Positions 7,779 through 17,783 of a stretch of DNA of 64,000 bases are shown here, piece after piece. This DNA comes from Nitrososphaerota archaeon (lineage in GTDB: Archaea; Thermoproteota; Nitrososphaeria; Nitrososphaerales; JACQRY01), in assembly GCA_016184315.1 (NCBI GenBank), contig JACPCU010000011.1, positions 24,161 through 88,160 of the forward strand. Direction: 5' to 3'. Positions within the stretch are counted from its first letter, which is position 1, and each line of letters opens with the position of its first letter. A program made the position numbers and the translations under genes. The notes below the pieces were generated by a model. That model was not told where the DNA came from, ran no database searches, and saw only the letters and a program-made list of their open reading frames with translations.

Positions 7779-8300
7779 ATGTCAAAAATACAAACAGCAA
7801 GCAAACTACCGACATACTTGTTTGCAACGATCGAAAAGCAACAGCTTAACGAAGTATTGCGCAAGTTGAAGGCAGTTGAATACATAAAGTGGTTCGGAAC
7901 TACATCCGGCCGGTTCGATGTCGTAGCCTCGTTCAAAGGCAATGATACACAAGAAACATATGCAGCAATCAAGGAAATCAAGTCCATTAACGGCGTAGTC
8001 TCAACTACCTCAATGGTTCCCTTCGAAGGTCATGTAAATCCAAAGGAGAATGGCGAGCGCGCAATGGGTCAAGTATTCCTAAGAATAGACAGACCAGTCC
8101 AAGACATAATCCAATCCTTGAAGAGAATATCCGGCGTAACGGAGGCCATGGCAGTATCAGGCCAGTGGGACGTTCTGACAACAGTACGCGGACAATCCTA
8201 CGAGGAGATTCTAGCGAAGACTGTTCAGGAAATCTCTCAGATCGACGGAATCCGAACCAGTGAAACAACATTCGTCTACAAGCCGACAGTGGCTGCGTAG
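7779..8300 (+). CDS. Lrp/AsnC ligand-binding-domain protein (two tandem RAM domains, no HTH)
   Basis: Two copies of the (T/V)SG.(F/W)DV(V/L)...I..I.G(V/I)..(T/S).T motif; TTATATA box at about 7750. Confidence 0.75.
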   Translation: MSKIQTASKLPTYLFATIEKQQLNEVLRKLKAVEYIKWFGTTSGRFDVVASFKGNDTQETYAAIKEIKSINGVVSTTSMVPFEGHVNPKENGERAMGQVFLRIDRPVQDIIQSLKRISGVTEAMAVSGQWDVLTTVRGQSYEEILAKTVQEISQIDGIRTSETTFVYKPTVAA

Positions 8301-8456
8301 ACGGACGCCCCCTTTTTCAGTTTTCAAGATAAATACAGAGAAAGCAATTCTAACCAATACCAGAACCTCTGCAACTATGCTGGATGAACCTAGGAATAAT
8401 GGCGGGATACGATTACTGAGTCTGTTTGGATGATCTGAATCGTAAAGATGGCTATA

Positions 8457-9182
8457 CTACGCTTTGATTTTTTCTTTAGGTAAAGCTGTTCTGCTTCTAT
8501 CTATTTCCTGTCGCAAAATCTCGTATGCCTTGGGACCGTCATCCCTACCAAGAATAAGGATCGTTTCTTCTCCGATGTAGGTGTGGCGTAGCTTTATCCC
8601 ATGCCTGTAGAGCAATTCGGTGAGGAAAAACCCGAATTCAGGAGTTGTCTCAACCTCAGCAGAGAGGTGAATCGCCAATCTGGAAAGTCGAGCGGTTTCT
8701 CTTGCGATTAGTATTTTGTCCAAGGATGAATGAATCAAAGAATTGTACTCCCTCTCATCAGCAATCAGTTTGATTGAGTTTGAAAGCTGGAATAGGTGAA
8801 TGGGTTCATTAAGACTGGAAGATAAATCAGCTATCCGCTTTACGATCTGGAACAGCTCAAATTTCTTGCTCTTAATAGTTACATCTACTACGTCGCTGGC
8901 CAGCGTGATTCGCGCCTCCCTTAGAATGAGCAGTGGCTTCGGCTTGCCTACCTTGGTTATTGTATCTGAAAACCTGGTAAGTGCTACCACGATCGTGTTT
9001 ATGCTGGCGGGCTTTCCCACTTGCTTCTCAACCTCAGGTTTGATGTTGGCAGCAAGAGCGTGATAATTGACAATTTTCTGCTTCAGGCACTCGTATACGG
9101 CTGGGTTGTGCGTGACTATGGAAGCTACTGCGGCAGGTACGGAGAGGTTCCTGCTTGACAAATCTACTGTCGATAGGACCAT
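8457..9182 (-). CDS. Conserved archaeal HTH/ACT-like hypothetical protein
   Basis: 241-aa ORF; VNYHALAANI...INTIVVALTRF N-terminus and ACT-like C-terminus. Confidence 0.55.
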   Translation of the reverse strand: MVLSTVDLSSRNLSVPAAVASIVTHNPAVYECLKQKIVNYHALAANIKPEVEKQVGKPASINTIVVALTRFSDTITKVGKPKPLLILREARITLASDVVDVTIKSKKFELFQIVKRIADLSSSLNEPIHLFQLSNSIKLIADEREYNSLIHSSLDKILIARETARLSRLAIHLSAEVETTPEFGFFLTELLYRHGIKLRHTYIGEETILILGRDDGPKAYEILRQEIDRSRTALPKEKIKA

Positions 9183-9360
9183 TAGATGTAATATTTAACC
9201 ATTTGATATAGATAGAAATATATAATAGGTAATGTCTATTACGATAAGTGATCAAACATGACTACTAATGAACAAGGAATAGCACCAGAAACTAAGCCTA
9301 GTCGATTCCAGAATTACTTAAAGCGGATCAGAGCAAGACTTCACCGCTAAGCTTTGATGC

Positions 9361-9416
9361 ATTGAGAAATTGTAGTGAATAGTAACGCAGCTGAGATTCG
9401 GAACCAATTTCTCAAT
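9361..9416. repeat. Perfect 12-bp inverted repeat with a 32-nt spacer
   Basis: ATTGAGAAATTG (9361-9372) / CAATTTCTCAAT (9405-9416). Confidence 0.6.
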
Positions 9417-9480
9417 CAAACCGCAAGAGATGCGGCTTGGATAATTTGGAACAAGGGTAGATGGAGGACGCAAGCCAGGA

Positions 9481-11022
9481 ATGAACAGTGACACTCGCTA
9501 CGCCATCGATTATCACGAAACTACGAAGCACTCGGAGATGAGCATTCGCAATTCAGCTCGTTATCTCGACTGGGAGAACAAGCCTTCACCATTTAAAGTC
9601 TACAGGAACCTTCCATCAATATCACTGCCCCGTGACTTCCCCACCCCAAAGACTAACGCGTTAAGAGCCTTGATGGGAGGAGAGCCAACGTCAAGATCTG
9701 CACCATTCGATATTGATACTCTAGCAGAGGTTCTTTTCTTCTCAGCTGGGCTCACAAGAAAAGTGGATCTGGGCGGGGACACCTACTACATGCGCGCAGC
9801 ACCAGCGACCGGCGCCCTCTATCCAATTGAACTCTACGTGATAAGCAGCGAGACCCCCAATCTTGGTGCAGGAGTATACCACTTCAACCCGCTCCAATTC
9901 ACACTTGTGCGCCTTCGAGAAGGCGACTACAGAAAAGAGCTCGCCATGATGAGCAGCGATAAAGTCTTGAACGCCCCGCTCACCATCGCCTACGCTTCCT
10001 TAGCTTGGAGGAACGCTTGGAAGTACAATGCTCGTTCGTACAGACACTGGTTCTGGGACGGTGGAGTCATAGCCGCTAACCTACTAGCGGCGAACAACTC
10101 CGAAGGTCTACACACGGAGATACTGCTAGGATTTGTGGACTCGGACGTTAACATGCTCCTAGGAATTGACGGGGAGAAGGAGGTCACTATAGCCTTGGCC
10201 CCTGTCGGAATTGGATTGGCCAAAAGCAGCACAGGAGGGGGGAAAGATATTGCTCCGCTCCATCCCACGGTCGTCCTAGCTTCAAAAGAAACAGAATACC
10301 AGATCATCTGGGATACACACAAGGCATCGTATCTTGAGACAGAGCAAGAGGTAAGGGCATGGGACGGTGCGGAAGTCCCCCGTGAAAGGAGCAATGTGCA
10401 TCATGGCGCGACATTCCATCTAAAGCCTCCGGAAGAGGTCTTGAGAAATCTTAATGAAGTCATCCTTCAACGCGGCTCTACGAGAAGATTCGCCAAGCAG
10501 CCTATCACCCTTGAGAAGCTATCCGCAATTCTCTTAGCGTCTTCGACAGATGTTCCATTCGACTTCGCCAAAGGGAGAAACCTCGTAGACATCTACCTGG
10601 TGGTGAACGATGTTACAGGCCTGCCAAGCGGTTCATACTTCTTTGACAAGGAGTCCAATTCGCTCCTGCAGCTCAAGGCCGGTGAATTCAGAAAGACGTC
10701 AGCCTATCTCTGCTTGGAACAGCCCCTTTTTGGCGACGCGAGCGTAGCCCTCTATTTTATGGCGGACTTGAAAACGGTTCTTGGGTCACTGGGCAACAGG
10801 GGTTATCGAGCATGTCAGTTTGAGGCTGGAGTGAGGGCGGGGAAGGTCTACCTATCTGCCTACTCGCTCGGCATCGGTGCATCGGGCTCAACCTTCTATG
10901 ATGATGCCGTCACTGAGTTCTTTTCTCCGCACGCTTCGGACAAGAGCACCATGATTGCCCTAGGGGTAGGGGTCCCAGCTTACAGCGCAAGGCCAGGTAA
11001 GGTCCTTCCTCAAATACAGTAG
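9481..11022 (+). CDS. SagB/ThcOx-family dehydrogenase (tandem nitroreductase domains)
   Basis: RAAPATGALYPIELY, GVYHFNP, RYRH-like YRHWFWDGG; second domain QRGSTRRF, RGYRACQFEAG, FYDD. Confidence 0.85.
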   Translation: MNSDTRYAIDYHETTKHSEMSIRNSARYLDWENKPSPFKVYRNLPSISLPRDFPTPKTNALRALMGGEPTSRSAPFDIDTLAEVLFFSAGLTRKVDLGGDTYYMRAAPATGALYPIELYVISSETPNLGAGVYHFNPLQFTLVRLREGDYRKELAMMSSDKVLNAPLTIAYASLAWRNAWKYNARSYRHWFWDGGVIAANLLAANNSEGLHTEILLGFVDSDVNMLLGIDGEKEVTIALAPVGIGLAKSSTGGGKDIAPLHPTVVLASKETEYQIIWDTHKASYLETEQEVRAWDGAEVPRERSNVHHGATFHLKPPEEVLRNLNEVILQRGSTRRFAKQPITLEKLSAILLASSTDVPFDFAKGRNLVDIYLVVNDVTGLPSGSYFFDKESNSLLQLKAGEFRKTSAYLCLEQPLFGDASVALYFMADLKTVLGSLGNRGYRACQFEAGVRAGKVYLSAYSLGIGASGSTFYDDAVTEFFSPHASDKSTMIALGVGVPAYSARPGKVLPQIQ

Positions 11023-11384
11023 TATCTTTTCCCAGCCCTGCTCCGATATATTGGATGCCCGACAGAATTACATATTGGGCGACCAGTAAAGTGTCTGTTG
11101 TGGAAAACTTGGCCATGAAGAACCTATTGCTCATACCTTCGGAGCATCAAATGAAGGGCTTCCAAGGTTCTTGATTCAAAGGTTTATCAAAAGATATGGA
11201 ACTAGTCGGCGGCGAAACCATACGCAGCAAGCGAATATAGGGCCAACAAGACGAAATGCCCGAGCAAAACAAAGCCTTGGCCCCCATGTTCTATAAAGTT
11301 CTTAACAAGAAGAGCATCGAGTCGATCTACGAGTTGTGTAGCCCAAGAAACAAGTTTCTTGATTGATTCTCCAGTGAAACTCTA

Positions 11385-11780
11385 TTAGGGGTTGCTTTTC
11401 ACGAATTTGAAGGAAGCGGAGTTAATGCAGTATCTCAGACCAGTCGGCTTGGGCCCATCCTCGAAGACATGGCCAAGGTGTGCCCCACAATTGGCGCACT
11501 GAACATCAATCCTCACCATACCATGACTGCGATCCGTTTCTTCCTTAACCGCCTCTCTCTTAAGGGGGGCCCAGAAACTAGGCCAGCCTGTTCCCGAATC
11601 ATATTTCGTGTCGGACGAGAAGAGTGGAATGTCGCAAACTACACAACAGTATGTACCCTGCTCCTTGTTGTCCCAGTATGCCCCTGTGAATGACGGCTCG
11701 GTTCCCTTGTTGAAGCACACGTCGTATTGAAGGGGCGTCAGCGTTTCCTTCAACTTTCCCTTATCTACTCTTGCACTCAT
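11385..11780 (-). CDS. msrB: Peptide-methionine (R)-S-oxide reductase
   Basis: [40 protein letters not shown]. Confidence 0.97.
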   Translation of the reverse strand: MSARVDKGKLKETLTPLQYDVCFNKGTEPSFTGAYWDNKEQGTYCCVVCDIPLFSSDTKYDSGTGWPSFWAPLKREAVKEETDRSHGMVRIDVQCANCGAHLGHVFEDGPKPTGLRYCINSASFKFVKSNP

Positions 11781-11854
11781 TAGTTGATCACATGAAAGAA
11801 GTGGCTAATGACCTTTGTGCCTCCAAGTAGACACGTATGATCATGAATATGTTG

Positions 11855-11922
11855 TGAACACTGCGAGGCTCAAATCCACATTTTGAATCTTCAGCTCCAA
11901 GAACGTATTGGATCGCACCGGG
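11855..11922 (+). repeat. Second copy of the composite repeat seen at 4831
   Basis: TGAACACTGCGAGGCTCAAATCCAC-ATTTTGAATC ... GTATTGGATCGCACCGGG. Confidence 0.65.
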
Positions 11923-11960
11923 TAAGTTCTATTCTTTGAGAGCCTTCGATGTTCGAAGAA

Positions 11961-12254
11961 TTAACGGAAAGAGGATTTCTTGCGGCGTTTGCACATTTCA
12001 ATCTTTTCGGCCCGCGACATCCTCTTGATTTCCGCTTCCCTTCTCATGGCTTGTACACGGCTCCCGCATCGCTCTTGATAAACGAGAGTCACCGGCCGCC
12101 TGCTTCTTGTGAACTTTGAAGCAGTTCCCCTGTTATGCTCTGCCAGCCGCCTTTTGATGTTGCTGGTGTAACCCGTGTACAGGTGTCTTGTTCTACACTC
12201 CAACACGTAAACGCAATAGGTCATATTCTGAGGACAGTCCTCCACATACACCAC
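11961..12254 (-). CDS. GIY-YIG nuclease (UPF0213-like)
   Basis: YCVYVLEC...LYTGYTSNIKRRLAEHN...AMRREAEIK. Confidence 0.9.
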   Translation of the reverse strand: MVYVEDCPQNMTYCVYVLECRTRHLYTGYTSNIKRRLAEHNRGTASKFTRSRRPVTLVYQERCGSRVQAMRREAEIKRMSRAEKIEMCKRRKKSSFR

Positions 12255-12670
12255 TCACTATTAATGCTCAGACAGACATCACTCACACTTGTTCATCCAT
12301 ATCTGTTCCGTCAAGTCAAGGCCAAGTTATCTCCACCGTCTTGAGCCTACTTTGACAATTCTCGACGGGAGGCATGTTACTGCCCAGAAAACCTAAAGCG
12401 GTCATGTTGCCTATTTCTTTTACAGCCGCACTCCCTTGCATAATGATCTCAGCAACAGAGACTAGATTAGTGCGCCCCCTGTAGGCGGGGCACGACTGAC
12501 CAACCGTGGTATCAACAGGTGACTGGTAAGGCGCAACAAATTGTCTGGACTGGGTATTCACGCTCAAAATTCGCCATAACGCAACAGCCGTGCGGTGCGA
12601 AATACGACGAAGCGGAAACGGAATTCAATGAGGAAGCTCCTACTGATTCATAATAACGTTGCTTATGGTA

Positions 12671-13267
12671 TTACGTTTGGAAGACCCACCGAGTGGCACT
12701 GTCCGGAAAGTTCTTCTCTGTCCATGCACAGACTGTTCGCGGTTTCACTTTGTATATGCCGTATTGGGAATCATTGATGTCGGGCCGGAATTGATACTTC
12801 TTCTGATAGCGATTAGCGAACAGCAACAGACTCGACTTGTCGGTGACGAATTCAGCAGAGCCTGCGATTATGACCGCATCGTCTCCGCTCTCGAGATGAA
12901 CAACGAGATTAGGATTGGTTGCAAGGTTGCGGCCTTTTCGTGAGTTGGGATCAGTCGAAAAGTAGAAAGTATTGTGGAGCCAGAGGCCCCAAACTGGTGC
13001 TGCGTGAACTCGCCCATCTCGACGCGCTGTCACGATCCAGTAATTGTGAGCCTTCGCCAGTCGAGCGTTCGCAGTTGACCATGAAACCATTCCCTTGGTC
13101 CGTTCTTTCTTCAGGCCATAACTAGCAGGCATCTTTGGACGACCCTGACTAGGAGGAACAGAAGCGTTTTGCCGATCTCTCTTTGACACGTTAACTTCCA
13201 GTGAATCAGCTGATAAATTCCTTACCTTCCTGACACTGGCCTTCCTGTTTGTTGTTTCTTCTCCCAT
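12671..13267 (-). CDS. Pyridoxamine 5'-phosphate oxidase-like (split-barrel flavin/F420-binding) protein
   Basis: NYWIVTARRDGRVHAAPVWGLW...RKGRNLATNP...VHLESGDDAVII; start uncertain. Confidence 0.8.
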   Translation of the reverse strand: MGEETTNRKASVRKVRNLSADSLEVNVSKRDRQNASVPPSQGRPKMPASYGLKKERTKGMVSWSTANARLAKAHNYWIVTARRDGRVHAAPVWGLWLHNTFYFSTDPNSRKGRNLATNPNLVVHLESGDDAVIIAGSAEFVTDKSSLLLFANRYQKKYQFRPDINDSQYGIYKVKPRTVCAWTEKNFPDSATRWVFQT

Positions 13268-13603
13268 CGCGCACAACAAATCGATAGACTCAAAGCTGTT
13301 TATTCGCACGGTAATCTCTGATATTGGTAATTCCGACCGGTAGAAATCCAAGAGTGGATATCTTTTTTCGCCGTAATCAAATGAGTTCGATCACGAAACC
13401 ATTAGCCATAGTCTTAATTCGCAATAAACTCGGTTTCTCGAGAGAAACCTGAACTTCCCGCTCAGGAAATGTTCAGACAAAAACACTATAGGCAGCGTTC
13501 TTTACTCCTCAAATAGGGTAGTTTCAATGAAACCTGTTAAATAGGCATATGCGAAGGCATCGACCGGTTCCTTAGCACCACTCCCATACTCAGTGTAATC
13601 AAA

Positions 13604-14527
13604 TTGAAGAACAACGCAAAAGATTCAGATCCTCTCGTCGATCTTGCTATCAAGATAGTGATGGCTGCAGGACTGACTATGGTCATCGGTGGTTACGCCG
13701 ATGCTTGGTGGCACGTCAACATTGGAAGAGAAAGCTTCTGGATATTTCCACACCTCATCATCTACTCAAGCCTGGCAACAATCCTTCTTGGCTTCTCCTA
13801 CCTCTTCTTCAAAGGAAACCTGGGCGTCTTCAAATGGACAACTCTGATCGGCCTTCTCATGATGCTCTCCGCAGCTCCGATAGACAACTGGTGGCACGAA
13901 ACACACCCACCAGAAATAGGACTAGGACTAATGTCCCCACCACACATGTACTTCGCGGTGGGCGGCGCAGTAGCTGGAGTAAGCATGATCAACATTGTTG
14001 CCGAAAAATCCAGAAAGAACGTCGCACTAAGAAAATACTTCTTCGTCTACATTTTTGCCGGATACTTGATGACCATGCAGGCAATAGGCCTACTCGACCC
14101 ATCAAACCCTACTGTCTTGGGCGACTTGGGTGCTGGTTTATTCGCAGCAGTTCCAGCTGGATTCTATGTTTTCACAAAAAGAACTTTTGCGAAAACTTAC
14201 GTCATATCCTTGGGGCTCGGCGAAGGCTTGGCGAAAACCCTCCTCGAAGGAAGCTTGCTCTACTTCGCTCCGATAATCTCAGCCAGCCTATTAGTCTCTC
14301 TATTATTCAAAAGCACTAAGAGGTCTTATCCCTCATCTTTGTCGTACGGAGCATCCGTAGGACTTATCATGGGAACCTACTTACTCTTCTCCATAGACAG
14401 TCTGAGCTCAACAACAATTCTCTTGCGGTACAGTTTCGGAGTCTTGGCCGCAACTTTGGCAGGCATTTTTGCGCATCTTCTTTCAAGCGAGCTCTTCAGA
14501 CTGTATAACTGGGAAGAATCAGGTTGA
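13604..14527 (+). CDS. Multi-pass membrane protein with two D-x-W-W-H...P-H motifs
   Basis: YADAWWHVNIGRESFWIFPH and IDNWWHETHPPEIGLGLMSPPH; hydrophobic helices throughout. Confidence 0.7.
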   Translation: MKNNAKDSDPLVDLAIKIVMAAGLTMVIGGYADAWWHVNIGRESFWIFPHLIIYSSLATILLGFSYLFFKGNLGVFKWTTLIGLLMMLSAAPIDNWWHETHPPEIGLGLMSPPHMYFAVGGAVAGVSMINIVAEKSRKNVALRKYFFVYIFAGYLMTMQAIGLLDPSNPTVLGDLGAGLFAAVPAGFYVFTKRTFAKTYVISLGLGEGLAKTLLEGSLLYFAPIISASLLVSLLFKSTKRSYPSSLSYGASVGLIMGTYLLFSIDSLSSTTILLRYSFGVLAATLAGIFAHLLSSELFRLYNWEESG

Positions 14528-14820
14528 CTAGAGTTTGATTTCGCGTATGAATTCATTTGTCCCCACCGCGATTTACGCTTGGGTTTCCTGAGCAAAACCT
14601 TCCGAACCTCGGGTCGCTCTTTGCTTGCTTAATGGACGCGCCAAATTTGTTCTCTTCGAATCGCCAAATCCTAATTTAGAATCCTCTGAACTGACATGAA
14701 TGTATGACCGAACCGCAGCAGCGGTTACCAATGGCAACGAAAAAATAGCCTTGGCTTGAACGGGATTGTACCGTAAAGTTTATTCATGGTATAATTAATA
14801 TTCGTGGTAAGAAATTAATT

Positions 14821-15063
14821 ATGGCATCGACGATTACTGTGGATAAGGCCGGCAGGATGGTAATCCCAAAGAAGATTCGTAAAAAGCTAGGTCTAGCAGG
14901 GGAGGGAGTAGTGACTATAGAGGTAAAGGGGTCAGAGGTGGTGCTAAAGCGATCTGCGGTGGAGAAGAGCCCTTCTAAGGCCATTTCTAAAATGAACCTA
15001 CCCGTAGGTCCCTGGCATCAGATTGAGAAGGAAATTGAAGAGGGCGCCGTCATGGAACAATAG
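14821..15063 (+). CDS. AbrB/MazE/SpoVT-family antitoxin
   Basis: TVDKAGRMVIPKKIRKKLGL. Confidence 0.88.
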   Translation: MASTITVDKAGRMVIPKKIRKKLGLAGEGVVTIEVKGSEVVLKRSAVEKSPSKAISKMNLPVGPWHQIEKEIEEGAVMEQ

Positions 15064-15065
15064 GT

Positions 15066-15500
15066 ATGGTTTCCGAAACTCTCTTCTTGGATACGAGCAT
15101 ACCCATCTACGCAGCAGGTAAGCCGAGCGAGCATAAGGATGCATGCATCAAGATCCTTGAAAGGATTGAGAGAGGGGAATTGAAAACCGCCATAGATACA
15201 GAAGTCATACAGGAGATACTATACCGATTCCATAGGCTCAATATGCAAGGACATGGTATTGAACTCAGCAGACAAGTCCTGAGGCTTGGGGTGAGGGTTC
15301 TCCCGGTGCTGAGGAGAGACATAGATGAAGCGCTTCTGTTATTCAACAAATATTTTTCGAGGGGAGTTCCTCCACGGGACGCGCTTCACGCTTCGGTGAT
15401 GGTCAACAACGGTATCAACAAGATCGTAACCCTGGACAAGCACTTCGGTGACGTCATGACGGAACTCCAAAGGGTTGAGCCTAAAAGACTGGTTTTTTGA
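15066..15500 (+). CDS. vapC: PIN-domain (VapC) toxin
   Basis: LFLDTSIPIYA...EVIQEIL...RDALHAS...VTLDKHF. Confidence 0.9.
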   Translation: MVSETLFLDTSIPIYAAGKPSEHKDACIKILERIERGELKTAIDTEVIQEILYRFHRLNMQGHGIELSRQVLRLGVRVLPVLRRDIDEALLLFNKYFSRGVPPRDALHASVMVNNGINKIVTLDKHFGDVMTELQRVEPKRLVF

Positions 15501-15561
15501 AGCCATCGATTGCGGTACCCATGTATGATGTGTGCTAATCGTCAATTTCGCCGTAAGACCC

Positions 15562-16587
15562 TTAAGAGTTATCATCTATCACAGAGATTGTCTGACTTGC
15601 AGAGTTGGCCACATAGATCTTGTTGGCAGCGGCATAAACACCAACACTTCTTGTTTCGCTTCCCACGGTTACTGAACCAATGGCCGTGTTGGTCGTACCG
15701 TCGACTATGGTAACGTTGTTGCTTCCAAAGTTAGAGAAGTAGACCCTGTTCGTGTTCGGATTAACACCGACTCCCTGACATCTGCATCCGGTATTCATGA
15801 TGCCCATCAAGAGATTTGTGTTTCCATCGATTACGTATGTGTAGGAGGTACCTATGTCGCCAACATAGATTCTGTTCGTGTTGGGGTTTACTCCGATGGG
15901 TTCGGGCCATGTATTAGGGCCGAGAGTGATGTTTCCCTTGACGGAATCTGTCGAACCGTCAATTACCGCTAGGTAACCTACACTTTGATAGTAGCCTAGA
16001 ATAGGGCTAATAGTCCTAGTCGCTCTTATGCAGCTCACGTAGACCATATTTGTGTTTGGGTTAACCGCGACGTCAATAGCCCCGATGCTTCCTGAGGGTT
16101 GCATTCCAGATGGGTATGTACCACATGGCCTCTCAAGGTTCTTGATGATGGTGTTCGTTGAACCATCTATCACGGATATGTCCCTATGATTTGAAACAAC
16201 GTATATCTTGTTGGTGTTCGGATTAACTGCTACGCCCAAGACACCACCTTCTCCTAGCCAAATCGTGGCTACTACAGCGTTGGTTGAGCCATCTATGACA
16301 AAGACATTGCTGGTGTTACTCTCAACACGGTTGTAGGTCATTACGTACACCCTATTCGTGTCAGGATTGACATCAATATCATAGGGATAACCTCCCAATG
16401 ATATAGTGGCTACTGAACTTTCCGCAGAGGCGTAGTTGCGCACAAACAACGCCAGTGAAGAAAATAACAGAATAGAGGCAACTAGCAGAACTATCAACCC
16501 ATGCTTCCCTTGACCAAGGCTTCTGTCTAACTCCCGCACTCCACTAGCAGAGCGCATAGTCATGCAATCAATATGAGTCCTCAGCAC
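15562..16587 (-). CDS. Secreted YVTN/YncE-type beta-propeller protein
   Basis: N-terminal TM/signal; repeated VNP.TN..YV....V.VIDG.TN units. Confidence 0.85.
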   Translation of the reverse strand: MLRTHIDCMTMRSASGVRELDRSLGQGKHGLIVLLVASILLFSSLALFVRNYASAESSVATISLGGYPYDIDVNPDTNRVYVMTYNRVESNTSNVFVIDGSTNAVVATIWLGEGGVLGVAVNPNTNKIYVVSNHRDISVIDGSTNTIIKNLERPCGTYPSGMQPSGSIGAIDVAVNPNTNMVYVSCIRATRTISPILGYYQSVGYLAVIDGSTDSVKGNITLGPNTWPEPIGVNPNTNRIYVGDIGTSYTYVIDGNTNLLMGIMNTGCRCQGVGVNPNTNRVYFSNFGSNNVTIVDGTTNTAIGSVTVGSETRSVGVYAAANKIYVANSASQTISVIDDNS

Positions 16588-17196
16588 TTATCGCTAGGCT
16601 AAGTTTCATACATACTGATCTACTGAAAGATAACTTCTTTTAGTCATGCAATTATGGGATTACATACACCTCTATCCATTCTGATCCGTTTCCTGATAAC
16701 ATCCAACCTCCTCCGTTAGTAAGCACCATGAAAGATCCAGACGATCGACAACTTTAACACCATGATAGAAGATGCAAAGGAACCGAATCTTGTTGCGTTT
16801 CAAAGAACTATCAGCGTAGCACCTATCGCCGGAGTCAGCTATGACGCGCGTCCCACATATCCAAAATTCACCTTTAGGACCTATTCAGGGGCTTACCTCA
16901 CGGGAACCGCCGAATTCAAGATGGTGCTAGGAATGGTCCACTTGAACTTCTTGAGCTAATATTCTCAACAAGAAAATCTGAATGTAAGCCAACGTCTTGT
17001 GTCGTTACAGCTTCTCTGCAAAGCAAAACACACCGGAAACAAGACGCTGCCCGTCTCGGTTCCGCCGAAAGTAAGAACGTAGGAAGAATCGTGCTTGTCA
17101 AACAGATCTTCAGATAAGCGAACCATCTCTGCTCAAGCCTTCCGTAATTCCAGATAGACAACCTTATCTCCCTGTTCACGTCGTTCAGACAGCATA

Positions 17197-17667
17197 GTGG
17201 GCGCCCCATTCTATCCGTCACCTCCAACTGTGATAAAGGAGATGTTAAAACTGGCCGGTGTGAACTCAAGCTCCATTGTCTACGACCTAGGATGCGGGAA
17301 CGGAAGCATAGTAGCTGCTGCGGCTCGAGATTATGGCGCTAAGAAGGTGGTGGGCATAGAGCAGAACCAGAAGCTCTGTGCTATTGCTCGAGCGAAGACA
17401 CGACATCTCAATAATGCTCTAATAATAAACGCGAACTATGACACCGTAGACTTATCGGAGGCAAACATAGTGACGATCTACCAAAGCTCGAGCGAAAATG
17501 TGAGGCTAAAACGAAAATTCCTCAAAGAACTCCTGCAAGGCTCCACAATAGTCTCCCATGAATTCGGGATACCCGGGTGGCGCCCCACTTTATTCCACAC
17601 CGTCAAAGAAGACCGCCACAGTTATCGAATCATCGTCTACGTCATAGGTTTACACACACCTTCATAA
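17197..17667 (+). CDS. Class I SAM-dependent methyltransferase
   Basis: PFYPSP...VYDLGCGNGS...GIEQN...IVSHEF. Confidence 0.85.
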   Translation: MGAPFYPSPPTVIKEMLKLAGVNSSSIVYDLGCGNGSIVAAAARDYGAKKVVGIEQNQKLCAIARAKTRHLNNALIINANYDTVDLSEANIVTIYQSSSENVRLKRKFLKELLQGSTIVSHEFGIPGWRPTLFHTVKEDRHSYRIIVYVIGLHTPS

Positions 17668-17783
17668 TTATCAGAAATGAAACTTCGGGAATGCTCAGAA
17701 GACGGTTCTGACCTTTAACCTTGATACCAATCGACCTTGCTGGTTGCCTCTTGCTGGTAACAACAAGATTCCAATACCTGCAT

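Noticed and set aside
9481-11022. RiPP (TOMM) biosynthetic cluster
   Set aside because: No YcaO cyclodehydratase or precursor peptide adjacent; stand-alone SagB-like nitroreductases are common.
12260-12660. Short ORFs at 7458-7712, 12316-12567, 16762-17190, 47979-48230 and 53094-53357
   Set aside because: No recognisable motif or clear translation signals; possibly gene remnants, left unannotated.
13604-14527. Genuine amoC/pmoC
   Set aside because: Longer, with a duplicated motif, and no amoA/amoB nearby; only a motif-level resemblance.
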